Under the pieces are notes generated by a model. The model saw only the letters and a program-made list of their open reading frames with translations. It had not been told where the DNA came from and ran no database searches. From Anaerolineales bacterium (GTDB taxonomy: Bacteria > Chloroflexota > Anaerolineae > Anaerolineales > RBG-16-64-43), in NCBI GenBank assembly GCA_050010135.1, contig JBEKLP010000002.1:27906-91905 (forward strand): a stretch of DNA of 64,000 bases, written 5' to 3'. This document shows, in pieces, positions 1-9,153 of this stretch (within the stretch, counting starts at the first letter, position 1; every line of letters begins with the position of its first letter). Position numbers and translations under genes: made by a program.

Positions 1-2536
1 AAGGGGAAGTCCCTGCGGCAGGCGCTCCCCCCTTCTCGTCCTTTTTGTTCTCCTCTTCCGGCAAATCCTCTGCCGCAATACGCGCGATCGACGCCACCGA
101 ATCCCCTTCCTTCAAGTGAATCACATGCGTTCCCATCGTCGCCCGTCCGGCCTGGCGGATCTCTTTGACCTCGGTTCGCATCGCCATGCCTCCCGATGTG
201 ATGATGGTCAGATCGTCTCCGTCACGTACCACGCGCGCCGCGGCGATCAGTCCGGTAACGCCAATCGTTTTTTGCGCGATGGTGGCGATCCCTCCGGTGG
301 CCCGACCCTTGGGAGTGTATTCCTTCAGCGGCGTCCGCTTGCCGTATCCATTGGCGGTGACCACCAGCAGATCGCCGTCCGGATCAACGACCTCGGCGCT
401 GGTGACTGCATCGCCTTCCTTGAGCCGGATCCCCGTCACCCCGGCCGCCGGCCGACCCATCGAGCGCACCTTCGTTTCCGAGAAGCGCAGTGCCTGGCCA
501 TGTTCGGTGACCAGGATCACTTCCTGTTTTCCGGTTGTGGCGCGCACCCAATCCAGTTCGTCGCCTTCGTCGAGCGTGATCGCCACGAGCCCCGAAGGCC
601 GCACCGATTCGAATTCCTTGAGCGAGACCCGCTTGATTTTGCCGCGCCGGGTGACCATCGTGCAAAAGGCGCCCACCGTGAAGGACGGCACGGCCACAGC
701 GGCAGTCACCGCCTCGCCGGGACTCACCGCCAGGACATTGGCCACCGGGCTGCCGCGGTCGTTGCGGTCGGCATCCGGAATGCGGTGCGCTCTCTCGCTG
801 TAGACCTTCCCGCGATTGCTGAAGAACAAGATCGTATTCAGCGTGCGGGCCGGGAAGATCAATTCCACCTCGTCTTCCTCGCGTAGTTCCGAGCCGGTTA
901 CCCCCCGGCCGCCTCTGGCCTGGGTGCGGTAGACCCGCGCCGCCACGCGCTTGATGTACCCGCGCTGGGTAATCGTCATCAGCACCGGTTCGTCGCGCAC
1001 CAGATCCTCTTCGCGCAGTTCCTCGGTCTCCCCGCCGGCGACTACCGTGCGCCGCGGATCGCCGTATTTCGACGCTAGATCGTCGAGATCGCCCTGGATC
1101 ACCGTGAGGATCTTTTTCGGGTGCGTCAGGAGATCCAGCAGAAAGGCGATGGTCTTCAATGTTTCCTTGTGTTCGTCTTCGATTTTCTGGCGCTCCAGGG
1201 CGGCCAGCCGCCTGAGCTGCATGTCGAGGATAGCTTGGGCTTGGAGATCGCCGAGTTTGAAACCGCGCATCAGCCGTTCCTTGGCCTGATCGACGTCCTT
1301 GGATTCGCGGATGGTTTTGATTACCGCATCGAGGTTGTTCAGGGCGACCAGCAAGCCCTCGAGGATGTGGGCGCGGGCCTTTGCGCGGTCCAGCTCGAAT
1401 TTCGAGCGGCGGGTGATGACGGTCTGGCGGTGTTCGATGTAGATCTGCAGCGCGCGCTTGAGCGAAAGCAGCCGGGGTTCGCCTTCCACAAGCGCCAGGA
1501 TCTGCGCGCCGAAGGTGCTCTGGAGCGCGGTGTATTTGTACAGCTGGTTGAGAATAGGCTTGGGCGCCGCGCCGCGTTTGAGCTCGATCACGATGCTCAT
1601 CCCGCGCCGGTCGCTCTCGTCGCGCAGATCGGCTACACCATCGATGCGCCCCTCCCGCACCAGCTCGGCGATCCGCTCGATCAGCGCGGTTTTATTTACC
1701 TGATAAGGGATTTCGGTGATGCGGATGCGAAAACGCCCGCCGGACATCTCTTCGATGGGCGCCTTGCCGCGCACCACAATCCGCCCGCGGCCGGTACCGT
1801 AGGCCGAGGTGATGCCTTCCATGCCGACGATGATCCCGCCGGTCGGGAAATCCGGCCCGCGGACGAACTGCATCAGGTCCTCGACCGTTACCTCGTCCAT
1901 TTCGTCGTAGCGGTCGATCAGGTAGCGGATAGCGGAGGCGAGTTCGGTCAGGTTGTGGGGCGGGATGTTGGTAGCCATCCCGACGGCAATGCCGGAAGAT
2001 CCGTTGAGCAGGAGGTTGGGTAATCGCGCCGGGAGAACCAGGGGTTCCTTGAGCGATCCGTCGAAATTGTCCGCAAAATCGACGGTTTCCTTGTCGATAT
2101 CCAGCAGCATCTCCTCGGCCATTTTGTTGAGGCGGGCCTCGGTATAGCGCATTGCCGCCGGAGCGTCGCCGTCGATCGATCCGAAGTTGCCCTGCCCGTC
2201 AACCAGCATGTAGCGCATCGAAAAATCCTGCGCCATGCGGGCCATCGCGTCGTAGACGGCCATATCGCCATGCGGGTGGTATTTCCCCAGCACCTCGCCG
2301 ACGATACGGGCGCTCTTCTTATAGGAGCTGCCGGCGCGGATCCCCATGTCGTGCATGCCGAACAGGATCCGGCGATGCACGGGTTTGAGCCCGTCGCGCG
2401 CATCGGGCAGGGCTCGCGCGACGATTACGCTCATGGCGTAATCCAGGTAGGCGTGGCGCACCTGTTCGTCGATATCCACTCCGTGGATTCGGCCGCCGTT
2501 GTTGGTGGTTTGTTCTTTTTCCTTCTTTTCGGGCAT
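1..2536 (-). CDS. gyrA: DNA gyrase subunit A (3' end runs off the window)
   Basis: Not in the ORF track because there is no stop in the window. Manual translation from ATG at 2536 gives MPEKKEK...[30 protein letters not shown]...[26 protein letters not shown]...[10 protein letters not shown], with a GyrA-box variant QARGGRG near 900-925 and an acidic tail at the window edge. Confidence 0.97.
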   Translation of the reverse strand, partial: MPEKKEKEQTTNNGGRIHGVDIDEQVRHAYLDYAMSVIVARALPDARDGLKPVHRRILFGMHDMGIRAGSSYKKSARIVGEVLGKYHPHGDMAVYDAMARMAQDFSMRYMLVDGQGNFGSIDGDAPAAMRYTEARLNKMAEEMLLDIDKETVDFADNFDGSLKEPLVLPARLPNLLLNGSSGIAVGMATNIPPHNLTELASAIRYLIDRYDEMDEVTVEDLMQFVRGPDFPTGGIIVGMEGITSAYGTGRGRIVVRGKAPIEEMSGGRFRIRITEIPYQVNKTALIERIAELVREGRIDGVADLRDESDRRGMSIVIELKRGAAPKPILNQLYKYTALQSTFGAQILALVEGEPRLLSLKRALQIYIEHRQTVITRRSKFELDRAKARAHILEGLLVALNNLDAVIKTIRESKDVDQAKERLMRGFKLGDLQAQAILDMQLRRLAALERQKIEDEHKETLKTIAFLLDLLTHPKKILTVIQGDLDDLASKYGDPRRTVVAGGETEELREEDLVRDEPVLMTITQRGYIKRVAARVYRTQARGGRGVTGSELREEDEVELIFPARTLNTILFFSNRGKVYSERAHRIPDADRNDRGSPVANVLAVSPGEAVTAAVAVPSFTVGAFCTMVTRRGKIKRVSLKEFESVRPSGLVAITLDEGDELDWVRATTGKQEVILVTEHGQALRFSETKVRSMGRPAAGVTGIRLKEGDAVTSAEVVDPDGDLLVVTANGYGKRTPLKEYTPKGRATGGIATIAQKTIGVTGLIAAARVVRDGDDLTIITSGGMAMRTEVKEIRQAGRATMGTHVIHLKEGDSVASIARIAAEDLPEEENKKDEKGGAPAAGTSP

Positions 2537-2542
2537 GGGGGA

Positions 2543-2551
2543 ATTATACCA
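2543..2551 (-). promoter_or_regulatory. Extended -10 promoter (TGGTATAAT) for gyrA
   Basis: Minus-strand TGGTATAAT ends 6 nt before the gyrA ATG; no Shine-Dalgarno sequence present. Confidence 0.6.
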
Positions 2552-2799
2552 ATTTAGGCCGTTTTTTTATATGTTTCGCATCGAAAATGTCATTCCAGAA
2601 TTGATCCCTTTCGGCCTACCGGCTTGCGTTCGCAGGACCAAGAACTCCCAATAGATTCTTTCGCGCCATTCTCCCAACCAGTAAATTCCCACTGCTCTGC
2701 GAAACCGTAATTCCGGGGATTTATTCTCCACGATTCCGATGGATCGCGGCTTCGTCCGCCTCACTGTCCGGCCGGATCCATCGGGATGTTTTCATCCGG

Positions 2800-2828
2800 T
2801 TGACACTTTATTTAGTTTATCTTATAAT
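2800..2828 (+). promoter_or_regulatory. Sigma70-type promoter of the marR-ABC operon
   Basis: Perfect TTGACA (2800-2805), 17-bp spacer, TATAAT (2823-2828). Confidence 0.85.
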
Positions 2829-2844
2829 TAGATTATCTAATTAT
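2824..2844. promoter_or_regulatory. Palindromic operator, likely MarR autoregulatory site
   Basis: Perfect inverted repeat ATAATTAGAT-T-ATCTAATTAT overlapping the -10 element and the expected start site, directly before the marR ATG. Confidence 0.75.
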
Positions 2845-2845
2845 T

Positions 2846-3310
2846 ATGGAAACCGATGCCGAATCTGTTTCACGCGCGCTGCTGGACGCCGTACCGCTTG
2901 CTATGCGCGCCATCCGGGCCGAGATGCGCCGCCGCAGGGGCGCGGATCTGCCCGTCCCCGCCTTCCGCGCGCTCTTGTTCCTCCAGCGGAACACCGGCGC
3001 GCCGCTCAAAGCCGTGGCGGACCATCTCGGGCTGACCTGTCCGACGGTTTCCAAGATGGTCCAGGGGCTGGTGGCGCGCGGATTGGTGGAACGTCCTGAT
3101 TCCAAAACCGACCGGCGGCGTGTGGCCCTGCGGCTTACGGCGAAGGGGAATACCCTCGTGGACAAGGTCCGGGGCGAAACCGCCGATGCGCTGGCGGAAA
3201 AAATCGCAACCCTGCCAGCTGCGGATCGTACGCGCCTGGCCGCCGCGCTGCAAACCCTGGATATAATTTTCCGGCCCCGCCCACCGGACGATGCCGGCGC
3301 GCAACGGTGA
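2846..3310 (+). CDS. MarR family transcriptional regulator
   Basis: 154 aa with a winged-HTH pattern (LKAVADHLGLTCPTVSKMVQGLVARGLVER...DRRRVALRLTAKG). Confidence 0.93.
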   Translation: METDAESVSRALLDAVPLAMRAIRAEMRRRRGADLPVPAFRALLFLQRNTGAPLKAVADHLGLTCPTVSKMVQGLVARGLVERPDSKTDRRRVALRLTAKGNTLVDKVRGETADALAEKIATLPAADRTRLAAALQTLDIIFRPRPPDDAGAQR

Positions 3311-3314
3311 TGCC

Positions 3315-4112
3315 ATGTCCATTCTCGAAACGTTTTCCCTCACCCGGAAATTCGGGCAACTGACCGCGGTCGATTCGCTTTCGCTGGCGATCCAGCCGGA
3401 GGAAATTTTCGGATTGCTCGGGCCCAACGGCGCGGGAAAAACCACCACGATCAAGATGCTCACCACCCTGCTCCCGCCCACTTCCGGCGACGCGGTGATC
3501 GCCGGATTCGATCTGCTTCGGCGCCCCGGCGACGTGCGCCGGGTGATCGGTTACGTGCCGCAAATGCTTTCGGCCGACGGCACGCTGACCGGGTATGAAA
3601 ACCTGGCAATCATGGGCAAGCTGTACGACATTCCGCGCCGGGAGTTGAAATCGCGCGTGAACGAGGCGCTCGAGTTTATGGGACTGGCCGATTCGGCCGA
3701 CAAGATGGTGCGCGACTATTCCGGAGGGATGATCCGCCGACTGGAAGTGGCCCAGTCGATGCTGCATCGCCCGCAGGTCTTATTTTTGGATGAACCCACC
3801 ACCGGCCTGGATCCGGTCGCGCGGCAGACGGTCTGGCGGTTGATCGAGCAGCTGCGCGCCGACTATGGAACCACCATCCTGCTCACCACCCATCTGATGG
3901 AGGAGGCTGACCACCTCTGCAGCCGGGTGGCCATCATGCATCACAGTCGTGTGGTGTCGGTTGGAGTGCCGGCCGAACTGAAAGCCGCACTTGGCACGCC
4001 CGGCGTGACCCTCGACGACGTGTTCATCCATTTCACCGGAGATCAAATTGAAACCGGAGGAAGCTACCGTGAAACCTCAAGAAATCGCCGCGTCGCCCGC
4101 CGTTTGGGCTAG
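3315..4112 (+). CDS. ABC exporter ATP-binding protein (DrrA/NodI-like)
   Basis: Walker A GPNGAGKTT, signature YSGGM, Walker B FLDEPT, H-loop LTTH; start taken at ATG 3315. Confidence 0.93.
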   Translation: MSILETFSLTRKFGQLTAVDSLSLAIQPEEIFGLLGPNGAGKTTTIKMLTTLLPPTSGDAVIAGFDLLRRPGDVRRVIGYVPQMLSADGTLTGYENLAIMGKLYDIPRRELKSRVNEALEFMGLADSADKMVRDYSGGMIRRLEVAQSMLHRPQVLFLDEPTTGLDPVARQTVWRLIEQLRADYGTTILLTTHLMEEADHLCSRVAIMHHSRVVSVGVPAELKAALGTPGVTLDDVFIHFTGDQIETGGSYRETSRNRRVARRLG

Positions 4113-4905
4113 TCCGGTGGCGCTGCTCAGCGGGTTATTCCGCTTTATCGATAAAACGCTGGTCATCACCGAGCTGGAAGTTCGCAAGCTGAGCCACGAC
4201 GCGACGGAACTAATCACACGCGCGGTTCAGCCGGCCCTCTGGCTGCTGGTCTTCGGCCAGGTGTTCACCAAGATACGCGCCATTCCCACCGGAAACATCC
4301 CCTACATCGATTACATGGCGCCCGGCATCCTCGCCCAAAGCGTTTTGTTCGTTTCCATCTTCTACGGCATCGCCATCATCTGGGAACGCGACCTGGGCAT
4401 CGTGCATAAGTTCCTGGCCAGCCCCACCCCGCGTGCCGCGCTGGTGCTGGGAAAAGCCCTTTCGGCCAGCGTGCGCAGCTTCTCGCAAGCGGTGATCATC
4501 TATGTGCTGGCGCTATTGCTGGGCGTTAAGATCAATTGGAGTCTGCTCGCGCTGCTCGGCGTCCTGGTGGTTATCGTCTTCGGGTCATGTTTCTTCTCCA
4601 CCTTTTCGCTGATCATCGCCTGCCTGGTGAAAACCCGCGAACGGTTTATGGGCATCGGCCAGGTGCTGACGATGCCGCTTTTTTTTGCGAGCAACGCCAT
4701 CTATCCAATCACGCTGATGCCGAGCTGGCTGCAGATCCTGGCCCGGGTCAATCCCCTGACCTACGAAGTAGATGCGCTGCGCGCTCTGATGCTCTCGGGA
4801 TGGGTGAGCACCTTTGGAATCGGATGGGACATAGTGATCCTTGCGATCACAACAGCTGTACTGGTCTGGATCGGGACTTTGCTGTACCCAGCAGTTGTTT
4901 TCTAA
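4069..4905 (+). CDS. ABC-2 type transporter permease (DrrB-like)
   Basis: Multiple hydrophobic segments, YIDYMAPGIL and NPLTYEVDALR motifs; GTG 4069 follows GGAGG. Confidence 0.92.
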   Translation: MKPQEIAASPAVWASPVALLSGLFRFIDKTLVITELEVRKLSHDATELITRAVQPALWLLVFGQVFTKIRAIPTGNIPYIDYMAPGILAQSVLFVSIFYGIAIIWERDLGIVHKFLASPTPRAALVLGKALSASVRSFSQAVIIYVLALLLGVKINWSLLALLGVLVVIVFGSCFFSTFSLIIACLVKTRERFMGIGQVLTMPLFFASNAIYPITLMPSWLQILARVNPLTYEVDALRALMLSGWVSTFGIGWDIVILAITTAVLVWIGTLLYPAVVF

Positions 4906-5267
4906 GCCCGGCCGGAACCACCCTGACGGGAGCAATCCTTTTCTTCATAGATATTCGAAACGCTTTTCCGGTCCACGCTTTAGGAAGTCCTTTTCGGGCA
5001 CGGTCGGGAAGAAGGTTTATAAGGAAACCTCCCAAAAACACGCTCTCAAATCCGGCGGCTTTGCCCATGCGACTTTTATCCTATATTTAACCTATGAGCC
5101 GATGTGATAGATTACATTCACCAATATCCTTCTTCTCCCTGCATTTTTGCTTTGTATTATTCTGTTTTCGAAGACCTGCCCCTCGGCCGTGAGGGATGAT
5201 TTTCCCTCTGTCGGGAGCGGGGAAAAAACACCGGGCAAGTTTGAAAATGACGCGAGGAGAGCGATAC

Positions 5268-8186
5268 ATGTTTCTTGCCGGCCCCCCCAATATTGAACGG
5301 ATGAAAGAAGGGCGCCAGGTTCAAGGCTTGATTAAAGCCCTTGGTTATCACGACGCCTGGTTTGTCCGCAAGGCGGCTGCCGAGGCGCTCGGCAGCCTTC
5401 AGGACCCCGGCGCCATCGAACCGCTGATGCTCGCTTTGCAGGATGAAGACAAAGACGTCCGGCATGCGGCCGCCGCGGCGCTCGATCTTCTCCATTGGCG
5501 CCCGCGCAAAGATGAAGCCAGCGCCTATTATTGGATTTCCAAAAAAGTCTGGGAGCCGATCAGCGAGATCGGCCAGCCTGCGGTTGATCCACTGCTCGAG
5601 ATGCTCATGGATCGTAACTGGTCGGATTGCAAAGCCGCCGTGGAACAACTTGGCAAGATCGGCGATTCGCGCACCATCCAGCCAATGATCGCCCTGCTGA
5701 GGAACTCCGGATGGAAATATATCGGCAACGAAGTGACGGAAGCGTTCACCCGGATCGGTGAGCCAGCCGTCGAGCCGCTCCTTGCCGCTCTGGGAGACGT
5801 GGAAAGCGATGTCCGCCTCGCCGCAGTCCGCGCGCTGGGGGAGATCAGGGACCCGCGCACCACCGAACCGCTCTCGCGCGCGCTCCAGGATCCGGACGGA
5901 GACGTACGCCAGACCGCCGCTGACGCGCTGGGCAAGGTGGGCGCGCCAGCTGTCGAATTGCTCATCGCCGCCCTGCGCGATCGGGTCGTCCCATGCAACG
6001 TTGCCCAGGCGCTCGGCCGGATCGGCGATGCTCGCGCGGTCGAGCCGCTGATTTCCGCGTTTCATGACGAGGATTGGTCGGTGCGATCGGCCGCCTCGGA
6101 TGCGCTCGCCAACCTCGGAAAGCCCGCCGTCCCGTTGCTCTTGGCCGCGCTCCGGGATACTGAGAAGAAAGTTCTCCAGTCCGCGGCCGAGACGCTGGAT
6201 AAGCTCGGCTGGCATCCCGGAAACGACGAGACGGGTGCGTACTACTGGATCGCGAAGAAATATTGGGATAAGTGCGCCGCCCTCGGCCCGCAAGCCGTCG
6301 CGCCACTCTTAGCCATGGGGAAAGAGAAAGACCCGGAGGTCCGCAAGGCGATCGTCCTGGTGTTCGGGAAAATCAACGACCCGCGCGTCATCGAGTCGCT
6401 GGTTCTCTCGCTGGGGGATGAGGACGATGCCGTGCGCGACGCTGCAGCGGAGACGCTCGGAAAAATCGGGCAGGGAAAGGCCGTCCGTCCGCTCATCATC
6501 GCCCTGCGGGATGAGAATTGGTCGGTGCGCAAGGCGGCCGCCGAATCCCTCGGCCATATCGGCGATGAAAGCGCCTTCGAGCCGCTGATCGAATCTCTGG
6601 GCGACTACAACTACCGAGTGCGCGAGGCGGCCGCGGAAGCCCTGGGCAAGACCGGCAACCCCTTTGCGGTGGAGCCGTTGATCGAGGCGCTCGAAAGCGA
6701 AGGCGAAGATCTGCGCAAGGCGGCCGCCGAGGCCCTCGGCCGGATCGGCGATTCGCGCGCCGTCGAACCCCTCATCCGGGCCTTGGAATGGGACTATTAC
6801 GAATTATTCGAGGCCACGCTGGCCCGGCGCAAAGTAAGCGATCCGGACGCCGAACGAGCATTGATCGGCGAACTTTCCGAAAAATATATTTTCATCCGCG
6901 AGGCCGCCGCCCGGGCCCTGGGGCAAATCGGCGATACCCGCGCGGTCGAGCCGCTCATCGCCGCCTTGAAATACGTCTCGCAAAATGTGCGCGTGGCGTC
7001 GGTCGAGGCGCTCGGCATAATCGGCGACGCGCGCGCCGTCATCCCGCTGATCGAAACCCTCAAGGACCACAGTGCCGATGTGCACGACGCATCCGTCGAA
7101 GCGCTGATCAAGCTGGGCGAAGCCGCTGTCGAGCCGCTGATCGACGAACTGAAGGATGAGCGGCCGGAGGTGCGCCTGGCGGCCATTGATGTGCTGGGTA
7201 AGATCGGCGACTCCCGCGCCGTCGAGCCGCTGATCCTGGCCCTCAAAGATGAAAATATCCCCGTCCGCGAGGTGGCTGCGCTCGCGCTCGGAAAGATCGG
7301 CACCGCCGCGATCGAACCGCTGGTAAACACCCTCAGTTTCGAAAACAAGGACGTCCGCCGGGCCGCCGTCGGCATTCTGGTCAAGCTCGATTGGCAACCC
7401 GACCAGGATGCGGCCAGCGCCTATTATTGGATCGTCAAGCACGAGTGGGGCCAATGCGTCGCCATCGGAATTCCGGCCATCGAACCGCTGATCACCGCGT
7501 TGAAAGACCAGGAAGCGCTCTCGCACGACGAATGGCATGAGCGCCAAAACGTGGTGGCCGCCCTTGGCCAGATCGGCGCACCGGCCGTCAGTCCCCTGAT
7601 CGCCGCGTTAAAAAGCGAGAACGAGGATTTGTGCAAAGCCGCCGTCGAAGCGCTGGGAAAAATTGGCGAACCGGCCGTCGAACCGCTGATCGTCTCACTG
7701 GGAGACGAATATTTCGGAGTCAGCATGGCCTGCGCGGAAGCGCTCGGCAAGATCGGCGACCCGCGCGCCGTCGAACCGCTGATTGGCGCCCTGAAAAACG
7801 GCGTATGGTATATGATCCGCAAAGCCGCCGCGGAAGCGCTCGGCAAAATCGGCGACCCGCGCGCCGTCGACCCGCTGATCGGCATGCTTCGCGACGAATA
7901 CTTCAAAGTCCGCGAGGCCGCTGCCGGGGCGTTGATCAAAATCGGCGCGCCGGCAGTCGAACCGCTAATCACCGCGCTGCAGTATCGGGAATGGCGGATG
8001 CGCAAAGCCGCCACCGAAGTGCTGGGCAAGATCGGCGACCCGCGCGCCGTCGAACCGCTGATCAGCGCGCTTTCCGACGAGGACAAGGACGTCCGCAAAT
8101 CCGTCGCTTGGGGACTGGTTTCGCTCTCCCACGCGGCGCAACTGGAAGACGAGATAAAACAGAGAATTCTCTCGGTTCTCTCCTGA
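5268..8186 (+). CDS. HEAT repeat (PBS lyase-like) protein, 972 aa
   Basis: Many repeats of the form VRxAAAEALGKIGDxRAVEPLIxALxD; ATG 5268 follows GAGGAG. Confidence 0.92.
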   Translation: MFLAGPPNIERMKEGRQVQGLIKALGYHDAWFVRKAAAEALGSLQDPGAIEPLMLALQDEDKDVRHAAAAALDLLHWRPRKDEASAYYWISKKVWEPISEIGQPAVDPLLEMLMDRNWSDCKAAVEQLGKIGDSRTIQPMIALLRNSGWKYIGNEVTEAFTRIGEPAVEPLLAALGDVESDVRLAAVRALGEIRDPRTTEPLSRALQDPDGDVRQTAADALGKVGAPAVELLIAALRDRVVPCNVAQALGRIGDARAVEPLISAFHDEDWSVRSAASDALANLGKPAVPLLLAALRDTEKKVLQSAAETLDKLGWHPGNDETGAYYWIAKKYWDKCAALGPQAVAPLLAMGKEKDPEVRKAIVLVFGKINDPRVIESLVLSLGDEDDAVRDAAAETLGKIGQGKAVRPLIIALRDENWSVRKAAAESLGHIGDESAFEPLIESLGDYNYRVREAAAEALGKTGNPFAVEPLIEALESEGEDLRKAAAEALGRIGDSRAVEPLIRALEWDYYELFEATLARRKVSDPDAERALIGELSEKYIFIREAAARALGQIGDTRAVEPLIAALKYVSQNVRVASVEALGIIGDARAVIPLIETLKDHSADVHDASVEALIKLGEAAVEPLIDELKDERPEVRLAAIDVLGKIGDSRAVEPLILALKDENIPVREVAALALGKIGTAAIEPLVNTLSFENKDVRRAAVGILVKLDWQPDQDAASAYYWIVKHEWGQCVAIGIPAIEPLITALKDQEALSHDEWHERQNVVAALGQIGAPAVSPLIAALKSENEDLCKAAVEALGKIGEPAVEPLIVSLGDEYFGVSMACAEALGKIGDPRAVEPLIGALKNGVWYMIRKAAAEALGKIGDPRAVDPLIGMLRDEYFKVREAAAGALIKIGAPAVEPLITALQYREWRMRKAATEVLGKIGDPRAVEPLISALSDEDKDVRKSVAWGLVSLSHAAQLEDEIKQRILSVLS

Positions 8187-8340
8187 TCGATCCGAAAAGA
8201 AATAGTCGAGCAGCCTTATCTCCCGGCCGGTTTGCATTCCGAAGTTAATCGGCAAGTAGATGGTTGCCCATTTACTATCCGCCAATGAGCAGCCTATTTA
8301 GCCGGGAAAATGCCTTTCTTGTAAAAGGAAGGCCCGGCCG

Positions 8341-8368
8341 TTGACATCGGCTCCGGGAGGGGTATAAT
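8341..8368 (+). promoter_or_regulatory. Sigma70-type promoter of rplU-rpmA-rpmE
   Basis: TTGACA (8341-8346), 16-bp spacer, TATAAT (8363-8368). Confidence 0.8.
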
Positions 8369-8475
8369 ATCCTTCTCTTGCCCCGGAAGCGGAATGCCGG
8401 GGCATGCGTATGAATACCCTCCCCCGGCGTCCGGGCCCCGATGGGCGTGACCGCCGGCCAAAGAAGGAGAGCAGA

Positions 8476-8796
8476 ATGAAGTACGCTATCGTGCAGAGCG
8501 GTGGCAAGCAATACCGCGCGGTGGAAGGTTCCATCCTCGAAGTTGACCGTCTCACCATCGAACCGGAAAAAACCTGCCATTTCGAGGAAGTGCTGCTCCT
8601 GGCCGACGACGGCAAAGTACAGGTCGGCTCGCCGACGATTTCGGGCGCCAAGGTCAAGGGCACCGTGGTGGAACATATCCGCGGCCCGAAAATCCGGGTG
8701 TTCCATTACAAGAGCAAGATGCGCTATCGCAAAACCCAGGGCCACCGCCAGGAATATACCCGGGTGCGTGTCGAAAAAATCACCGTCGGCAAATAG
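8476..8796 (+). CDS. rplU: 50S ribosomal protein bL21
   Basis: MKYAIVQSGGKQYRAVEG...YRKTQGHRQEYTRVRVEKI; preceded by AAGGAG. Confidence 0.97.
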   Translation: MKYAIVQSGGKQYRAVEGSILEVDRLTIEPEKTCHFEEVLLLADDGKVQVGSPTISGAKVKGTVVEHIRGPKIRVFHYKSKMRYRKTQGHRQEYTRVRVEKITVGK

Positions 8797-8817
8797 CGGA
8801 ACGGAGGATTTCAAACC

Positions 8818-9087
8818 ATGGCTCATAAAAAAGGCGCCGGCTCCAGCCGGAACAACCGCGACAGCCAGTCCCAACGATTGGGAGTAAAACGATACGGCGG
8901 CCAGTTCATCCACGCCGGGACCATCATCGTGCGCCAGCGCGGAACGCGCATCCATCCTGGCCAGAACGTCGCCTGCGGCAAGGACGACACGCTCTTCGCC
9001 ACAATCGACGGAGTTGTAAAATTCGATTTCTCGCGCGGCGGCCGCAAACAGGTTAGCGTGCTGCCCCAGGAAGTTCAAGCCGCCTAG
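8818..9087 (+). CDS. rpmA: 50S ribosomal protein bL27
   Basis: [29 protein letters not shown]...IIVRQRGT; no N-terminal extension and no prp gene between rplU and rpmA. Confidence 0.98.
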   Translation: MAHKKGAGSSRNNRDSQSQRLGVKRYGGQFIHAGTIIVRQRGTRIHPGQNVACGKDDTLFATIDGVVKFDFSRGGRKQVSVLPQEVQAA

Positions 9088-9153
9088 CGGCATTTCCCGA
9101 CCACCAGCGGCCCGGTCATACTTCGGGCTCTGAACGGCCGGAAAGAGGACCTC

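Noticed and set aside
116-2557. Several plus-strand ORFs of 60-300 aa
   Set aside because: Antisense shadows of gyrA, which the ORF track missed because it has no stop codon in the window.
7733-8063. Near-identical ~40-bp direct repeats that could suggest a CRISPR array
   Set aside because: In-frame coding HEAT repeats with irregular spacing and no cas genes.
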